From: a virus
Lineage: Duplodnaviria > Caudoviricetes
Strand: one strand, 5' to 3'
Virus record (IMG/VR): IMGVR_UViG_3300037067_022448
Span: 32,001-96,000 of that record
Length of the DNA: 64,000 bases
Shown piece after piece: positions 37,513 through 48,041 of the stretch. The translations under genes were made by a program, and so were the position numbers. Position 1 is the first letter of the stretch. Every line of letters begins with the position of its first letter. Under the pieces are notes generated by a model that worked only from the letters and a program-made list of their open reading frames with translations, was not told where the DNA came from and did not search any database.

Positions 37513-40365
37513 CTATATACCCAAAAGAGATCGCATTTGATCTTTAGTAACAACCCCAGTTTGATTGCTAAACCCAGCATGTTTTAGATATACAGTTACT
37601 AAAATTTTAGTAGAAAGTGCGGGTATTAAATTTCCATGTAAATCATCGTACAAATCATCCATATATAACATTAATAAAGAAGTAGAAGGATCATAATAAA
37701 GTCCAACCAAATCCTTAATTGTCCCACCGATTGCTACGTCGTACTCATTAGTAATTGATTGCAAAGCTGCTGTTATTTTAACCCTATTTTTGCCAAAATC
37801 TAAAATTTGTACATATGAGCCGTCAGCATATTTCATAGCAGGAAATTTGGTAGAAGTTAATCCATCAGAAGATTCCGCAACAAAATTATCAAATAATAAT
37901 ATTCCTCTATATCCATCAAGAAAAGTTGGGTTTCCATAAGAATCCGTAACTGGGATATCAAGAGATAAGTGGTTAATTTCAAGATCTACAGAATAAAAAG
38001 TTTCATCTGGATTTAAAATAAATCCCTCTAACAATAAATTCCCAGGAATAAAGAAATTGTTTAATCCACTAGGATATTCTGTGGAAACTGGTTTTGTATA
38101 CGTAGTTGCGAGCAACCTTCTTAAGTCAATTGTTGCTAATAAATCTGGAATCCAGGTAGCAAAATAATCAATTTCCCACGGGATACAATTTACTATTGGT
38201 GTTATAAATGATGTACAACAAGAATCAGGTATATCCGCAACAGCCACCAAAGGATTTAACAAATTTTCAACTTGAAGCTCTGTTCTAGAAAAAGTTGAAC
38301 CAACAGGAAACGTTGTTACAGCTCTATTTATGTAATCTTCAATCAAATCTCTATCGTTAATGTCTACATCACCATCTCCATCTACATCTGCTCGCAAAAA
38401 TTCGAGAATATTAAGATAGCCATCTATTACTAATTGCTGAACATAACCATCACTCATACTTAATGGTACATAACTAGGCCACCTTGAAAGCCAGCCGTCA
38501 ACAATAGATAAATCTGTGAGATTTATTTCTCCATCACCGTTAACATCACCGTATGCATCATTAAAATGCGTTTGTTTTATAATTCTGAATTCACAATCGC
38601 TGCCACCACAGGATGTGCTTGGATATAATATTGAACCAACAAGATTGTTTTGTAAGATATCTGCATCTGGTAATAAAATATTAAAGATATTTCCATTTGC
38701 TAAGCCTGGCAAACAAGTCTCTCCAGAAATTGTAGAAGGATTTCCTCTTGGATTTTCATCTCTTACTGAGGCTAATAATACTGGGTCCGGAGTTGTTTCT
38801 ACTAAGACCGAGAGAGCAGCGGAATTTATTAAAGAGATATCCGGTACAGGCGTTACTCTTGAATAAATATCATCCCCAGTTCGCTGATCTTGTTCTGGAT
38901 CTGAAAATTCCTCGGAAGTTTCTAATAATACATAATTATATGCATCATATGTTACTGTATAAAATGGAAGTTCATCAAGTATATACGGAACTTCGGTGTT
39001 TGTATTATCCGGAGCTATTCTTGGAATTTGAACACCTATACCATTATCATAAGCAATACCATCTGATACTTTTATATAGTCTCCATAAATTGCAAACCAC
39101 ATATCACTTTCTGTAATATTTACCCATTGTGTACCATCATATATAACCATATAGCTATTATCTATTCTATCAGAAGCCTCTTCAAATAAAAGAGTCCCAT
39201 ATGTCGCTGCGCCCGCTCTACCAATTGTAAATACATAATATTTACCAACTTCTATATTAGAACGGATTGGATCTGAGACATTAGAGCCAGTAAAAACAAA
39301 ATCTATAATTTGTGGTACACCGTTTAAAACAACTCCCTGATATTTTAGGTCATCATCACTTAGCGCTATTTGACCAATAATTGTTGGATCGGGATCAAAA
39401 TCAATAGTGTTGTCGGGTGTTGGAGTAACCGGACATTCAACCTCTGTTTGAAGTTTGTGGAGTGTTAAGATTATATCTCCTCTCCATTCATAACCGTCCT
39501 CTCCAGGAAGATGAGATGAATTATATTTTACTGAAGCTAATATAGAAATTTTTTGTATATTAGCGCCACTAGCTAAGAATTTTTGACCTATACGTGTCGT
39601 AACATCATTAGAGGGAATTTCTCTTTGGGCCTCAGACGACATTCCTATATTAAGATCCGCCAAAGATTTTGTTGGACCAATCGCATTTTGTAGCATTTCC
39701 ACAACAGTGGTTGTGTATGAAGATGGAGAAAAATCGCTCCAGAACATACTTGGTTGTGCAACTTGAGCAGCGATTATTGGGTCTGCAGAAATTTCCATTG
39801 CCACGGCTTCTCTCACAACACAACGACCAATTAAGTTATAACCATCTATTTCAGCAGCATATTTTCTATTATTTGTAAGGCTGCCAGCAAAATTATTGAA
39901 TAGTATGGCTCTTATATTTTTATATCTGCCTCGTGTTATCTGAGTACCATTTGTATTAAAAATTAAATCATCATGAATAAGTGCGTCACCAAATTCATCA
40001 CCCATAATGCTAACCTTAATATGTGCGGCGCCATCCAATCTAGCGCCCGTTATTTGTATGGCAAGATTTACTCCATTTATAGTATCAGATACCTCAACCA
40101 GATCGGAGCCAACATAAACATTTTGACCATCAAAACTATATGAATCTAATAAAGATTGTTGTAACGAATTTAGACTATTTGTATCAAAAATAACAGGAGG
40201 ATATGGAAATTCATCCAATACACCGCTTCCAAAAAAGTTATTTTCGTTAGCCGCATCTATCCCAACATTTCTAGTTTGTTCGTCGGTAAGGTCAGTTTCT
40301 GTAATCTGCTCTCCATCAAAAAAATTACAATTTTTAAGATTTACAGGAAGTAATCTACTAGTCAT
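37513..40365 (-). CDS. putative virion structural protein with dockerin-like paired Ca-binding loops
   Basis: Acidic, beta-rich composition; N-terminal FFDGEQITETDLTDEQ; GDVNGDGEINLTDL and ADVDGDGDVDINDRDLI; follows baseplate genes. Confidence 0.65.
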   Translation of the reverse strand: MTSRLLPVNLKNCNFFDGEQITETDLTDEQTRNVGIDAANENNFFGSGVLDEFPYPPVIFDTNSLNSLQQSLLDSYSFDGQNVYVGSDLVEVSDTINGVNLAIQITGARLDGAAHIKVSIMGDEFGDALIHDDLIFNTNGTQITRGRYKNIRAILFNNFAGSLTNNRKYAAEIDGYNLIGRCVVREAVAMEISADPIIAAQVAQPSMFWSDFSPSSYTTTVVEMLQNAIGPTKSLADLNIGMSSEAQREIPSNDVTTRIGQKFLASGANIQKISILASVKYNSSHLPGEDGYEWRGDIILTLHKLQTEVECPVTPTPDNTIDFDPDPTIIGQIALSDDDLKYQGVVLNGVPQIIDFVFTGSNVSDPIRSNIEVGKYYVFTIGRAGAATYGTLLFEEASDRIDNSYMVIYDGTQWVNITESDMWFAIYGDYIKVSDGIAYDNGIGVQIPRIAPDNTNTEVPYILDELPFYTVTYDAYNYVLLETSEEFSDPEQDQRTGDDIYSRVTPVPDISLINSAALSVLVETTPDPVLLASVRDENPRGNPSTISGETCLPGLANGNIFNILLPDADILQNNLVGSILYPSTSCGGSDCEFRIIKQTHFNDAYGDVNGDGEINLTDLSIVDGWLSRWPSYVPLSMSDGYVQQLVIDGYLNILEFLRADVDGDGDVDINDRDLIEDYINRAVTTFPVGSTFSRTELQVENLLNPLVAVADIPDSCCTSFITPIVNCIPWEIDYFATWIPDLLATIDLRRLLATTYTKPVSTEYPSGLNNFFIPGNLLLEGFILNPDETFYSVDLEINHLSLDIPVTDSYGNPTFLDGYRGILLFDNFVAESSDGLTSTKFPAMKYADGSYVQILDFGKNRVKITAALQSITNEYDVAIGGTIKDLVGLYYDPSTSLLMLYMDDLYDDLHGNLIPALSTKILVTVYLKHAGFSNQTGVVTKDQMRSLLGI

Positions 40366-41123
40366 TTTTTAATCTCCCACCTATATGATAGAGATTTTAT
40401 TGGCGATTCGCCAATAATCTCTAATAAATTAATTAAGCTTTTCTGTGGAAAATATATTCTAAAAATAACTTTTCCACTAGGATTTTTTCTTGGGCAGGCT
40501 TTTGTTTTTAACCCAAATGTATTATTTAATAAGTTTGATAAAAATATCACCTCATTCTCAGTAAAACAGTCAGTACACAAAGAGCCACTACGTATATTAA
40601 TAGAGCCATCACCCAGCCACCAATGAAGAACAGTATTTGGAGTCAACTTTAGAGCTTGGGGGACAGTTTTTATTCCATTAATATACCAAACATTATATAT
40701 TTCTTTAAACTCAATGGAACATTTGGTTCCAAAAGCAAATCTTGTATATATTTTGTTTGTTCGAGAGTCGCATTGTTGAACTTTTTTAATTCCACCATTA
40801 GATAAGGGAATAGAAAATTTTTCAAAACAGGAAGAAAGCCACTCCATGTATTCAAGATGTTTACTAGTAAACTTACAAGCAGCCTGATATTTGCTTGAAT
40901 ACATTCCACCATCTCCCAATAATTCTCCCTCAATTCTTTCTAAAAGCTCCTCTGGAATTTCAATATGTTTTTCTCTTGATAATCTTTTTGATTCTTCGCG
41001 ATCCCGAATCATAATGTTGTTTTTAAGTAATATGTTTTTTACAGTAGCGTGAGCCAAATGAAAGTTTTTTACTAAAAAGTTCATCGATTTCCCACCTAAA
41101 TAACAGTTAATAAGATCTTTCAT
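40362..41123 (-). CDS. free-standing LAGLIDADG homing endonuclease
   Basis: IEGELLGDGG and HWWLGDGS motifs; WYINGIKTVP; LCTDCFT. Confidence 0.85.
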   Translation of the reverse strand: MKDLINCYLGGKSMNFLVKNFHLAHATVKNILLKNNIMIRDREESKRLSREKHIEIPEELLERIEGELLGDGGMYSSKYQAACKFTSKHLEYMEWLSSCFEKFSIPLSNGGIKKVQQCDSRTNKIYTRFAFGTKCSIEFKEIYNVWYINGIKTVPQALKLTPNTVLHWWLGDGSINIRSGSLCTDCFTENEVIFLSNLLNNTFGLKTKACPRKNPSGKVIFRIYFPQKSLINLLEIIGESPIKSLSYRWEIKK

Positions 41124-41134
41124 TAATCTCTCCT

Positions 41135-44100
41135 CTATTTTGTAAAGCTTACAAATGCTCTGGTGTGTGCTGGTTTTAGTTTCTCAATAAGACTTGTTAG
41201 CAATTCGTGCGCCAAATCAGTATCGATCAAACCAAAAGTATCTATCACTTCTACATAAAAATCAAATATACCAGTAGCCATATTTCTAACAGTAGCAAGA
41301 TACTCTACCTTTTCTTGCGGTGTATCAAAATCCAATAATAACCTCGTTAAAGCATCACTTACAACTGGCTGCGCTGTATTCACGTTGCTAGTATATAAAA
41401 TATCTTTTCCAATAAGTTGTCCTGGCCCACTACCACCCAAGTAAACTATTTGTCTCATTTCACTAGAAAATCTTAGATTATCCACTCTAGCCATGGCGGG
41501 GAATTGACCTGTAAAATCTGCGCCAATATTTATTATGTTAAACAAATCAGTTAAATTAATATCAGCTAAAATGTTTCTGGCTGCGATTGTTCCAGCCGTT
41601 GCCGAACCCCAAACTGTAGGGGATCCGTATAGATGGCCTGCACCATATTTTAGCCCGGTGCCGTATCTAATAATACCAGCCTCAGTACCATCAACCATTA
41701 AAACAAGGCGGTCCTGATTATCTATATTATTGAGACTCCAACCAACAAAAACTCTATGCCAAGAGTTTTTCTTCCAATATATTGGAGCCCGTATTTGATA
41801 ATCTACTCCAGAAGCTGTAACTAAGAGGTTGAACGCGCCGAATTCATCTTTATATAAACTAAATCTGTCTCCTTGGCTTGTAATTGGTACATATGTAACG
41901 ATTACTTCTTGTATGTTTTTTGGTAAAGTTTGTCCAAGCCTTATTATATATCCATCATTGGAAAGTGTTCCACCAGTAAAATAGTTTTTAGAACTTCCAG
42001 AAACAGTTACCGAATCGATTGTTCTAGCTCTTACAGAAAGCCTTATTAACAAGTTTGATATAATGCCACTCTGAGCTACAGTGGTCGCTCTTCCTACAGT
42101 TATTTGTTGAGCAGGTGTTAAATCCACAAAATATCTTTTTGTTGGGTCATTATATGTATCTAAAATCGGGCTCACCCAAAACTCAATAGTCCCACTATTA
42201 TTATTAAATATTGATTTATTATCAACTTTTAGGGGCTGTTTTTTATTAAAAATCGCTGATTGTTTGAAATTAGCATTAACACTGTTTTCACTTTGATTGT
42301 AAACTGGAGAATAGCTTGAATAAAAACTTGCGCTATTTGTTACATTATTATCAAAATGAAACAGCCCAAGCGTTTGTATTGTTGAGCTTAATTCTCTTAC
42401 AATTAAATTATCAGTTGTAATAGAACGACCTGAACTTGGTACAGGCGAACCTTTGCCAGTATCAACCGACATCTCATCAAGAATTCTCATTTCATCAATA
42501 ACCGCATTTGCTTGATGTTCAGCTCTAAAATCTGAACCCACAAAAAAAAGTTTGGGGGTTTCTGGCCAAGGAACAGTAAGATATGTTGGGAAATCAACTT
42601 CATACCAACAACTACCTAATAAGAAAGGTTGGCCACCCGATCTTGCAATTTCTAAGGTTATTAGACCGTTTGCAAATCCGCTATCTCCATATGAAGTTGC
42701 GAGCATTTTCCAACTTACGTTTGAATAAGATGCTGACCAACTTACAGAGCCACCACCATAAGTTTCTAACACTATAGTATTAGAATCTTTAACTTTTCCA
42801 CTTGGATCTAATAAGACATCCTGGATTTTGTAGACATTAGCAATAGCCGAAGGAGAAGTAATGTTTATTATTTTTCCAATATCTTCAACTCCAAATCTAG
42901 AATATCCGTCTATTAATTTATTATCTCCAGAAACAACTACACCATTTATTCCAGCCTGTTGTTGAACAGAAAGGAAAATTTGTGCATAGTTTCCATTATT
43001 TTCTTGCCAGTTTAGTGGATGTGTTTCACGAATTTCAATTGCTCCAGCGGGTTTAGTCGGATCCATCGGCGAAACTGATACAAAAATATCTGTAATTGTG
43101 GTAAAAAACTTTTCTGTCGTTTGAGTTCCTGGTGCTGTCCAAGTTAAAACCTCATTATCATAGCCATCCGCAGTTATTCCATCAATTATAACATTGTTAA
43201 GACCAGCCCAATCAATGTTGTTTCCATATAAAGTGGCGGAAATCTTTCTTCCAGTTACTCTATTTGATGGTTGACAAAAGTTAGCTATATTTACATATAT
43301 AACTGGAATCATGTGCCCACCAACAAGAGTGGCTATTAATGAAAAAACTGTTGGATCTATTAGCATTCGTTTTACAATAATTTTAGTAACATTTATTTTG
43401 CTAATATCTGTAGGCTGTGGCATAATTGTGTTTAAAACGTTTGTTTTTAAATTTGGCCACACAAATACATATTGTCTGCAGCGACTTTGCATTAGTCCGT
43501 AGGATTTTAATAATACACTATCATTTATAGCAATCCCATCATATACATTTACATATTCAACATATCCATCATTGGAAAACCCATATTGAGGGGTTAAAGA
43601 ACCTGGGGCATATAATTCGGTTTCTATGTTATAACCGTCTCCCGAAAAAACGCGGACGTGTTCTACATCATTGTCACTCAATGTTGTAAGTTGAAGTGGA
43701 TTCACTGAAAATCTTACATTACTAAGAGAAAGAACGGCATTATAGTCCGCGCCAAGTCCCGTTTGTAATGTTAAGTAGTTTTCTCCCAATGTTTTTACAA
43801 AAACATAAGGATACGTTTGTGTATTAGTCCCATCTTCTGTATCATCCAGAATTTCGAACTTATCACCTATTGAAACTCCAGATGTAGCAAAAGTAGAACC
43901 TACAGAAACAACCAGATTAGAACCAGCTGTTGTTTGAAGATCGAAACCACCAATAGTTGGAGCGATAGCGGTCATAGCAAGCACTTCTGTGCTTGAATCT
44001 AAAAACAATGCATCTTGTGGGGGTTCAAAATATCCACGGTATCTATAATTATTAGGAATTTCAGCGCCATCCACAAACAAATGAAGCTCATCTCGTTGCT

Positions 44101-47100
44101 CTATGGTTCCAATTTTCCAAGAGCAGGCTATATGATGTGTTTCAAGTTTTTGCCAATTATGCAAATTGGCACTTAACATTTTAATACGATTATTACCATC
44201 ATAAACTCTGAATCTTAAAAATCCTTTACCATCTTTATATAAAGACATTCGGCAATAGTTTTCACGCACTCCCGTATCGAAGAAATAGTGTGGATTATCT
44301 GAAGAAAAGTCAATACCATCAAAACCACCACGTATTCCTAATCCATAATTATCGTAGGCGTCATAATTATTATTAATCGCGTCATAAGCATCTAAAATAA
44401 AAGAAAATTTTATCTTTGTATCTGATGAGGTTATTTTATCTGTAAATTCATTTATATCATAATAACCATCGATAAAACTATAACCATCATATCCATCTGC
44501 TGTCGCTCCCCTAGAGACATCATAAAATTCTCCACCAGTTGATATTGTACCAGTAAAAGTTCTAAGTTCTATTCCAACTGGTGCTCTAACACGGCAACGC
44601 CACTTTTTGGCCCCAATATCATACCAAATAAAATATCCAGTTTCAGTATGGATTGTGCTTGGTTTCCCCAAGGTTTTCGTGTCAGTTATGCTTAAACTAA
44701 ATGGAATTTCTGTTGGATTTTCATTATTACTACCAATAAAGATTTTATCTGTTCTATAATATCCATCAAATTTTAAATCAAAAGTAAGCAGTGCGTCATT
44801 TTCTATACCAGACCAATTTGGTACTACAAATGCTTCCCAAGTTCCTTCATTAAATCTTACATTTGATGTTGCAGGAATAATTGCTGTTTGGCCATCATTA
44901 CTAAGAAGGAGGCCATCTCCAAATTTTCCAGGAGCATAAGTTGGTAATTCCTCATTAGAATTTGCTCCAAGTTTCATTTTTTCTAGGTGAATAAAATCTC
45001 TACCCAAAATCCATTCCAAAAATATCGTTTCGGTAATCTTTGGATCGATCTGAGTTAGAGCACTAACTAAATCTTTAATTGAAGGAATGGTCGGTCCTTT
45101 CGGAAAAGACTGTAAAGAACCCTCAACCATATGTCTGTAAGTTTCTCTGTCAAGTTCGTCAGGAATAGTTGAAAGCTCATCAATACCAGTCAAAATACCA
45201 AAATTATCGCGCAGAGAGTTTCTCAGCGCCCCATAACGATAACTTACATAGTAAGTTTCACCAGCTTCTAGGGTATCAGAAATACTCCAATCAAGTATAT
45301 TATCCCCATATTCGTAACTAATTAATATTTCATCTGTAGTGTAAGCATAATCAATAAAAACATCGCCCACGCTATAGTTAACTAATACAGCAGCCCCATC
45401 TCTTAGTTTAGCACGATATGTTGCTGTTACTGTACGGCCTGCTGCAAAACTAGCCCCAGTTGGAAGATAAATTCTATTGGTTGTGGCATCTATATATCCA
45501 TCGCTACCATATGAAAAATAGTTGATGCCGCTATTTATATCTATTGCGCTTATAGCTGATTTTAATTCAGCATATCCGCTTGTTACAAGAGTAGAAATTC
45601 TTTGAGCACTAAAATAAACTCTAGTACCAGAAGTCTCTATTAGCAAGCCATAACCATCGTTATTATCTGCTATAAGAACACCAGTAGCATCTAGTGTAGC
45701 TGTATCTAGTGTCGATGATGAAACTACTGCGCCTACACCAAAGTCTATAGGATTTGAACGAGTCTGTAAATCTGTAATCTGAAAAACATGATATAATCTA
45801 AAGATATCATAATTAACTTCAATAGTTCCGCTACTTACTTGGATTGGTTGTAATGTTGTATTTCCATACGAATCAGTTACACTAATCTCCCTTTCTCCAG
45901 CAATATCTAGATCCGTTACGGCAATAGTTGTATCAGAAATTTCACCAATAGAATAGGTTTTAGAAATCTGGCCAACTTTTGGACTCCTGAAAATGTCTGT
46001 AGCGCGGATTATATGTTTATTTCTGGTTTTAAATGTTGTTTTTTTATAAGTTGCATCTCCAATTTCTGTATCTGCTGTATCTAACTGAGCCAAATACACA
46101 ATACCCGTATCATAATCAACTACATAGTCACCAATTTGTTCAAGTCTAGATAAATTAGTAGCTAGAGTATCTGTTGGATCAAAGAAAAATTCGCGAATAA
46201 ATCTAGTTGTATCTGAAAACGTTAGAGAGCTGTTAAAACTAGCCCCTATAAAAGAGCCGGTCGCAGAACCAATCTCACTATTAAGTAATTCAATTTTAAA
46301 AGCAACAAAAGATTTGCCAGTAATACTAATATGATCTACAATAACCAATTGAGATTGGATAACATCCTCAAAATTGGCTGCTTCTCGACTAACCTCAACA
46401 ACATTTGGGGGTGTTGTTGCACTGAAATAAACCTCATTATTTGTAATTCTCGTTGGAGTATATAATTCTCCAGTCGTCTCATTAAAAATTCTAAAAACCT
46501 CATTTACTGGATATTTTTTTGTATAGAGACCTATATTCTCAATAAGACGATTTTCTACGCGTTCATTTATTTCTTCAATGTGAGAGTTAAAGTTAAAATC
46601 TGTACCATCTGCGTATGTATCCTCATATTCAAATTTTACTAAAGCTGGGCTATACCTTAAATCTCTATCTGGTATGGAAGCGACTTCGTTTAAATCAGTA
46701 TAAAAAATATAATCTAGCCCATTTTGATAAGTTTTAAGATATGAATAGTTTGCTACAGGTGGTATTACTGTAGTGCCATCGGTACCAGTTCCATCAACAC
46801 CAAAAACAAAAACCCTGCCGGTACTATAATCTACCATAAATTGCCCTGGCAAGCTTGGCAAGCTGTATTGGTTAAAAGATAGTTCTGAAGTAAAAGCCGG
46901 ATGTTTAACTGTTGGATCAAAATTTTGCTGAGGATTTAACCACACAATACCATTTTTTGTAGGTATATTTCCATTTTGATCTACTATTGGTGCATGGTTT
47001 AAGAAAAATGTTGTTGCAACAGCCGGCACTGATTCGCGAATTATATTTACAACCCTAGTAATATCCAAACTTTCTGGTTCAACAATTCTTCCTTCCTTTT

Positions 47101-48040
47101 TATAATAGTAAGTAATTATAAATGAATCTGTTCCTTGTGGAAATGGAAATGTGGGTCCAACAGCCGCATCATTCAATATAATCTGATTGTTATTTAAATC
47201 TAGTGCTGGATATGCATTATCTGGATCATATTTATAATTTTTAATACCGTAACGATATTGATTTATATCATAAGTGTATTGTACAAAATCTCTTACCAAA
47301 ATCACTGAATTTACAATAATAACAGAGCCCTTTGCTAAAGATACTGTTAAACCAATAAAACCATTACCAATGGTACTAGTATTAGAAACAATCTCTCCAG
47401 AAACTAATTCTTGCTGTAAACTAATAGGAGCCGCAGGAAAACTATCATAAGTTATAGTTTTTTCTTCAATATTACCAGTTATTGTAGAACCTACTCTTAA
47501 TATTTGAAAAGCGCCTTCATTAGCAAAACGATCAAATGGACCAGTGCCTCGTGTCATTTCTTCATCATCGATTTCTATTGAAACGTAACCAGCACTTTTA
47601 ACCTCTCCAACAATATTAGAAGACTTTTCTATTTCTTTTGCGCTTGCACTTACAGTATTAAAAATAACAGAACCAGAATCTTTATTATATATATCTGGTA
47701 TATTATTAAAAATATCATCTCGTACTGTGCTTTCTTCTATCTCTCCAACAAAAAAAACAACATTAGAGGTTCCATCTTCAATAAATTGTTCGCCACGAGC
47801 ACCAGCAAGATTAGTTAGTGTTAATTGATAATAGGCACCAGATATCATTGGCCTTACATTAATAATTAATATATTACTGGATACAGAAACAGAAGTTACA
47901 ATCAAATCCGGAATTCCACTATAAGCTCCTTTAATAGATATACTATCAGTAGAAACCGATGGATCTAGATTTGTTGTAAAATCAACTTCAAGTTGAGAAC
48001 TGCTTTTTATTTTAAGCCTAACAATTCTAATATTTGCCAT
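41135..48040 (-). CDS. giant baseplate wedge protein (P2 gpI/T4 gp7-like core) with LamG-like domains
   Basis: KGPTIPSIKDLV and C-terminal LKPAHT wedge motifs; GTWEAFV/GTIEFWV, HHIACSW, LFVDG, IDEMRI LamG-like segments; follows baseplate J. Confidence 0.7.
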   Translation of the reverse strand: MANIRIVRLKIKSSSQLEVDFTTNLDPSVSTDSISIKGAYSGIPDLIVTSVSVSSNILIINVRPMISGAYYQLTLTNLAGARGEQFIEDGTSNVVFFVGEIEESTVRDDIFNNIPDIYNKDSGSVIFNTVSASAKEIEKSSNIVGEVKSAGYVSIEIDDEEMTRGTGPFDRFANEGAFQILRVGSTITGNIEEKTITYDSFPAAPISLQQELVSGEIVSNTSTIGNGFIGLTVSLAKGSVIIVNSVILVRDFVQYTYDINQYRYGIKNYKYDPDNAYPALDLNNNQIILNDAAVGPTFPFPQGTDSFIITYYYKKEGRIVEPESLDITRVVNIIRESVPAVATTFFLNHAPIVDQNGNIPTKNGIVWLNPQQNFDPTVKHPAFTSELSFNQYSLPSLPGQFMVDYSTGRVFVFGVDGTGTDGTTVIPPVANYSYLKTYQNGLDYIFYTDLNEVASIPDRDLRYSPALVKFEYEDTYADGTDFNFNSHIEEINERVENRLIENIGLYTKKYPVNEVFRIFNETTGELYTPTRITNNEVYFSATTPPNVVEVSREAANFEDVIQSQLVIVDHISITGKSFVAFKIELLNSEIGSATGSFIGASFNSSLTFSDTTRFIREFFFDPTDTLATNLSRLEQIGDYVVDYDTGIVYLAQLDTADTEIGDATYKKTTFKTRNKHIIRATDIFRSPKVGQISKTYSIGEISDTTIAVTDLDIAGEREISVTDSYGNTTLQPIQVSSGTIEVNYDIFRLYHVFQITDLQTRSNPIDFGVGAVVSSSTLDTATLDATGVLIADNNDGYGLLIETSGTRVYFSAQRISTLVTSGYAELKSAISAIDINSGINYFSYGSDGYIDATTNRIYLPTGASFAAGRTVTATYRAKLRDGAAVLVNYSVGDVFIDYAYTTDEILISYEYGDNILDWSISDTLEAGETYYVSYRYGALRNSLRDNFGILTGIDELSTIPDELDRETYRHMVEGSLQSFPKGPTIPSIKDLVSALTQIDPKITETIFLEWILGRDFIHLEKMKLGANSNEELPTYAPGKFGDGLLLSNDGQTAIIPATSNVRFNEGTWEAFVVPNWSGIENDALLTFDLKFDGYYRTDKIFIGSNNENPTEIPFSLSITDTKTLGKPSTIHTETGYFIWYDIGAKKWRCRVRAPVGIELRTFTGTISTGGEFYDVSRGATADGYDGYSFIDGYYDINEFTDKITSSDTKIKFSFILDAYDAINNNYDAYDNYGLGIRGGFDGIDFSSDNPHYFFDTGVRENYCRMSLYKDGKGFLRFRVYDGNNRIKMLSANLHNWQKLETHHIACSWKIGTIEQRDELHLFVDGAEIPNNYRYRGYFEPPQDALFLDSSTEVLAMTAIAPTIGGFDLQTTAGSNLVVSVGSTFATSGVSIGDKFEILDDTEDGTNTQTYPYVFVKTLGENYLTLQTGLGADYNAVLSLSNVRFSVNPLQLTTLSDNDVEHVRVFSGDGYNIETELYAPGSLTPQYGFSNDGYVEYVNVYDGIAINDSVLLKSYGLMQSRCRQYVFVWPNLKTNVLNTIMPQPTDISKINVTKIIVKRMLIDPTVFSLIATLVGGHMIPVIYVNIANFCQPSNRVTGRKISATLYGNNIDWAGLNNVIIDGITADGYDNEVLTWTAPGTQTTEKFFTTITDIFVSVSPMDPTKPAGAIEIRETHPLNWQENNGNYAQIFLSVQQQAGINGVVVSGDNKLIDGYSRFGVEDIGKIINITSPSAIANVYKIQDVLLDPSGKVKDSNTIVLETYGGGSVSWSASYSNVSWKMLATSYGDSGFANGLITLEIARSGGQPFLLGSCWYEVDFPTYLTVPWPETPKLFFVGSDFRAEHQANAVIDEMRILDEMSVDTGKGSPVPSSGRSITTDNLIVRELSSTIQTLGLFHFDNNVTNSASFYSSYSPVYNQSENSVNANFKQSAIFNKKQPLKVDNKSIFNNNSGTIEFWVSPILDTYNDPTKRYFVDLTPAQQITVGRATTVAQSGIISNLLIRLSVRARTIDSVTVSGSSKNYFTGGTLSNDGYIIRLGQTLPKNIQEVIVTYVPITSQGDRFSLYKDEFGAFNLLVTASGVDYQIRAPIYWKKNSWHRVFVGWSLNNIDNQDRLVLMVDGTEAGIIRYGTGLKYGAGHLYGSPTVWGSATAGTIAARNILADINLTDLFNIINIGADFTGQFPAMARVDNLRFSSEMRQIVYLGGSGPGQLIGKDILYTSNVNTAQPVVSDALTRLLLDFDTPQEKVEYLATVRNMATGIFDFYVEVIDTFGLIDTDLAHELLTSLIEKLKPAHTRAFVSFTK

Positions 48041-48041
48041 A

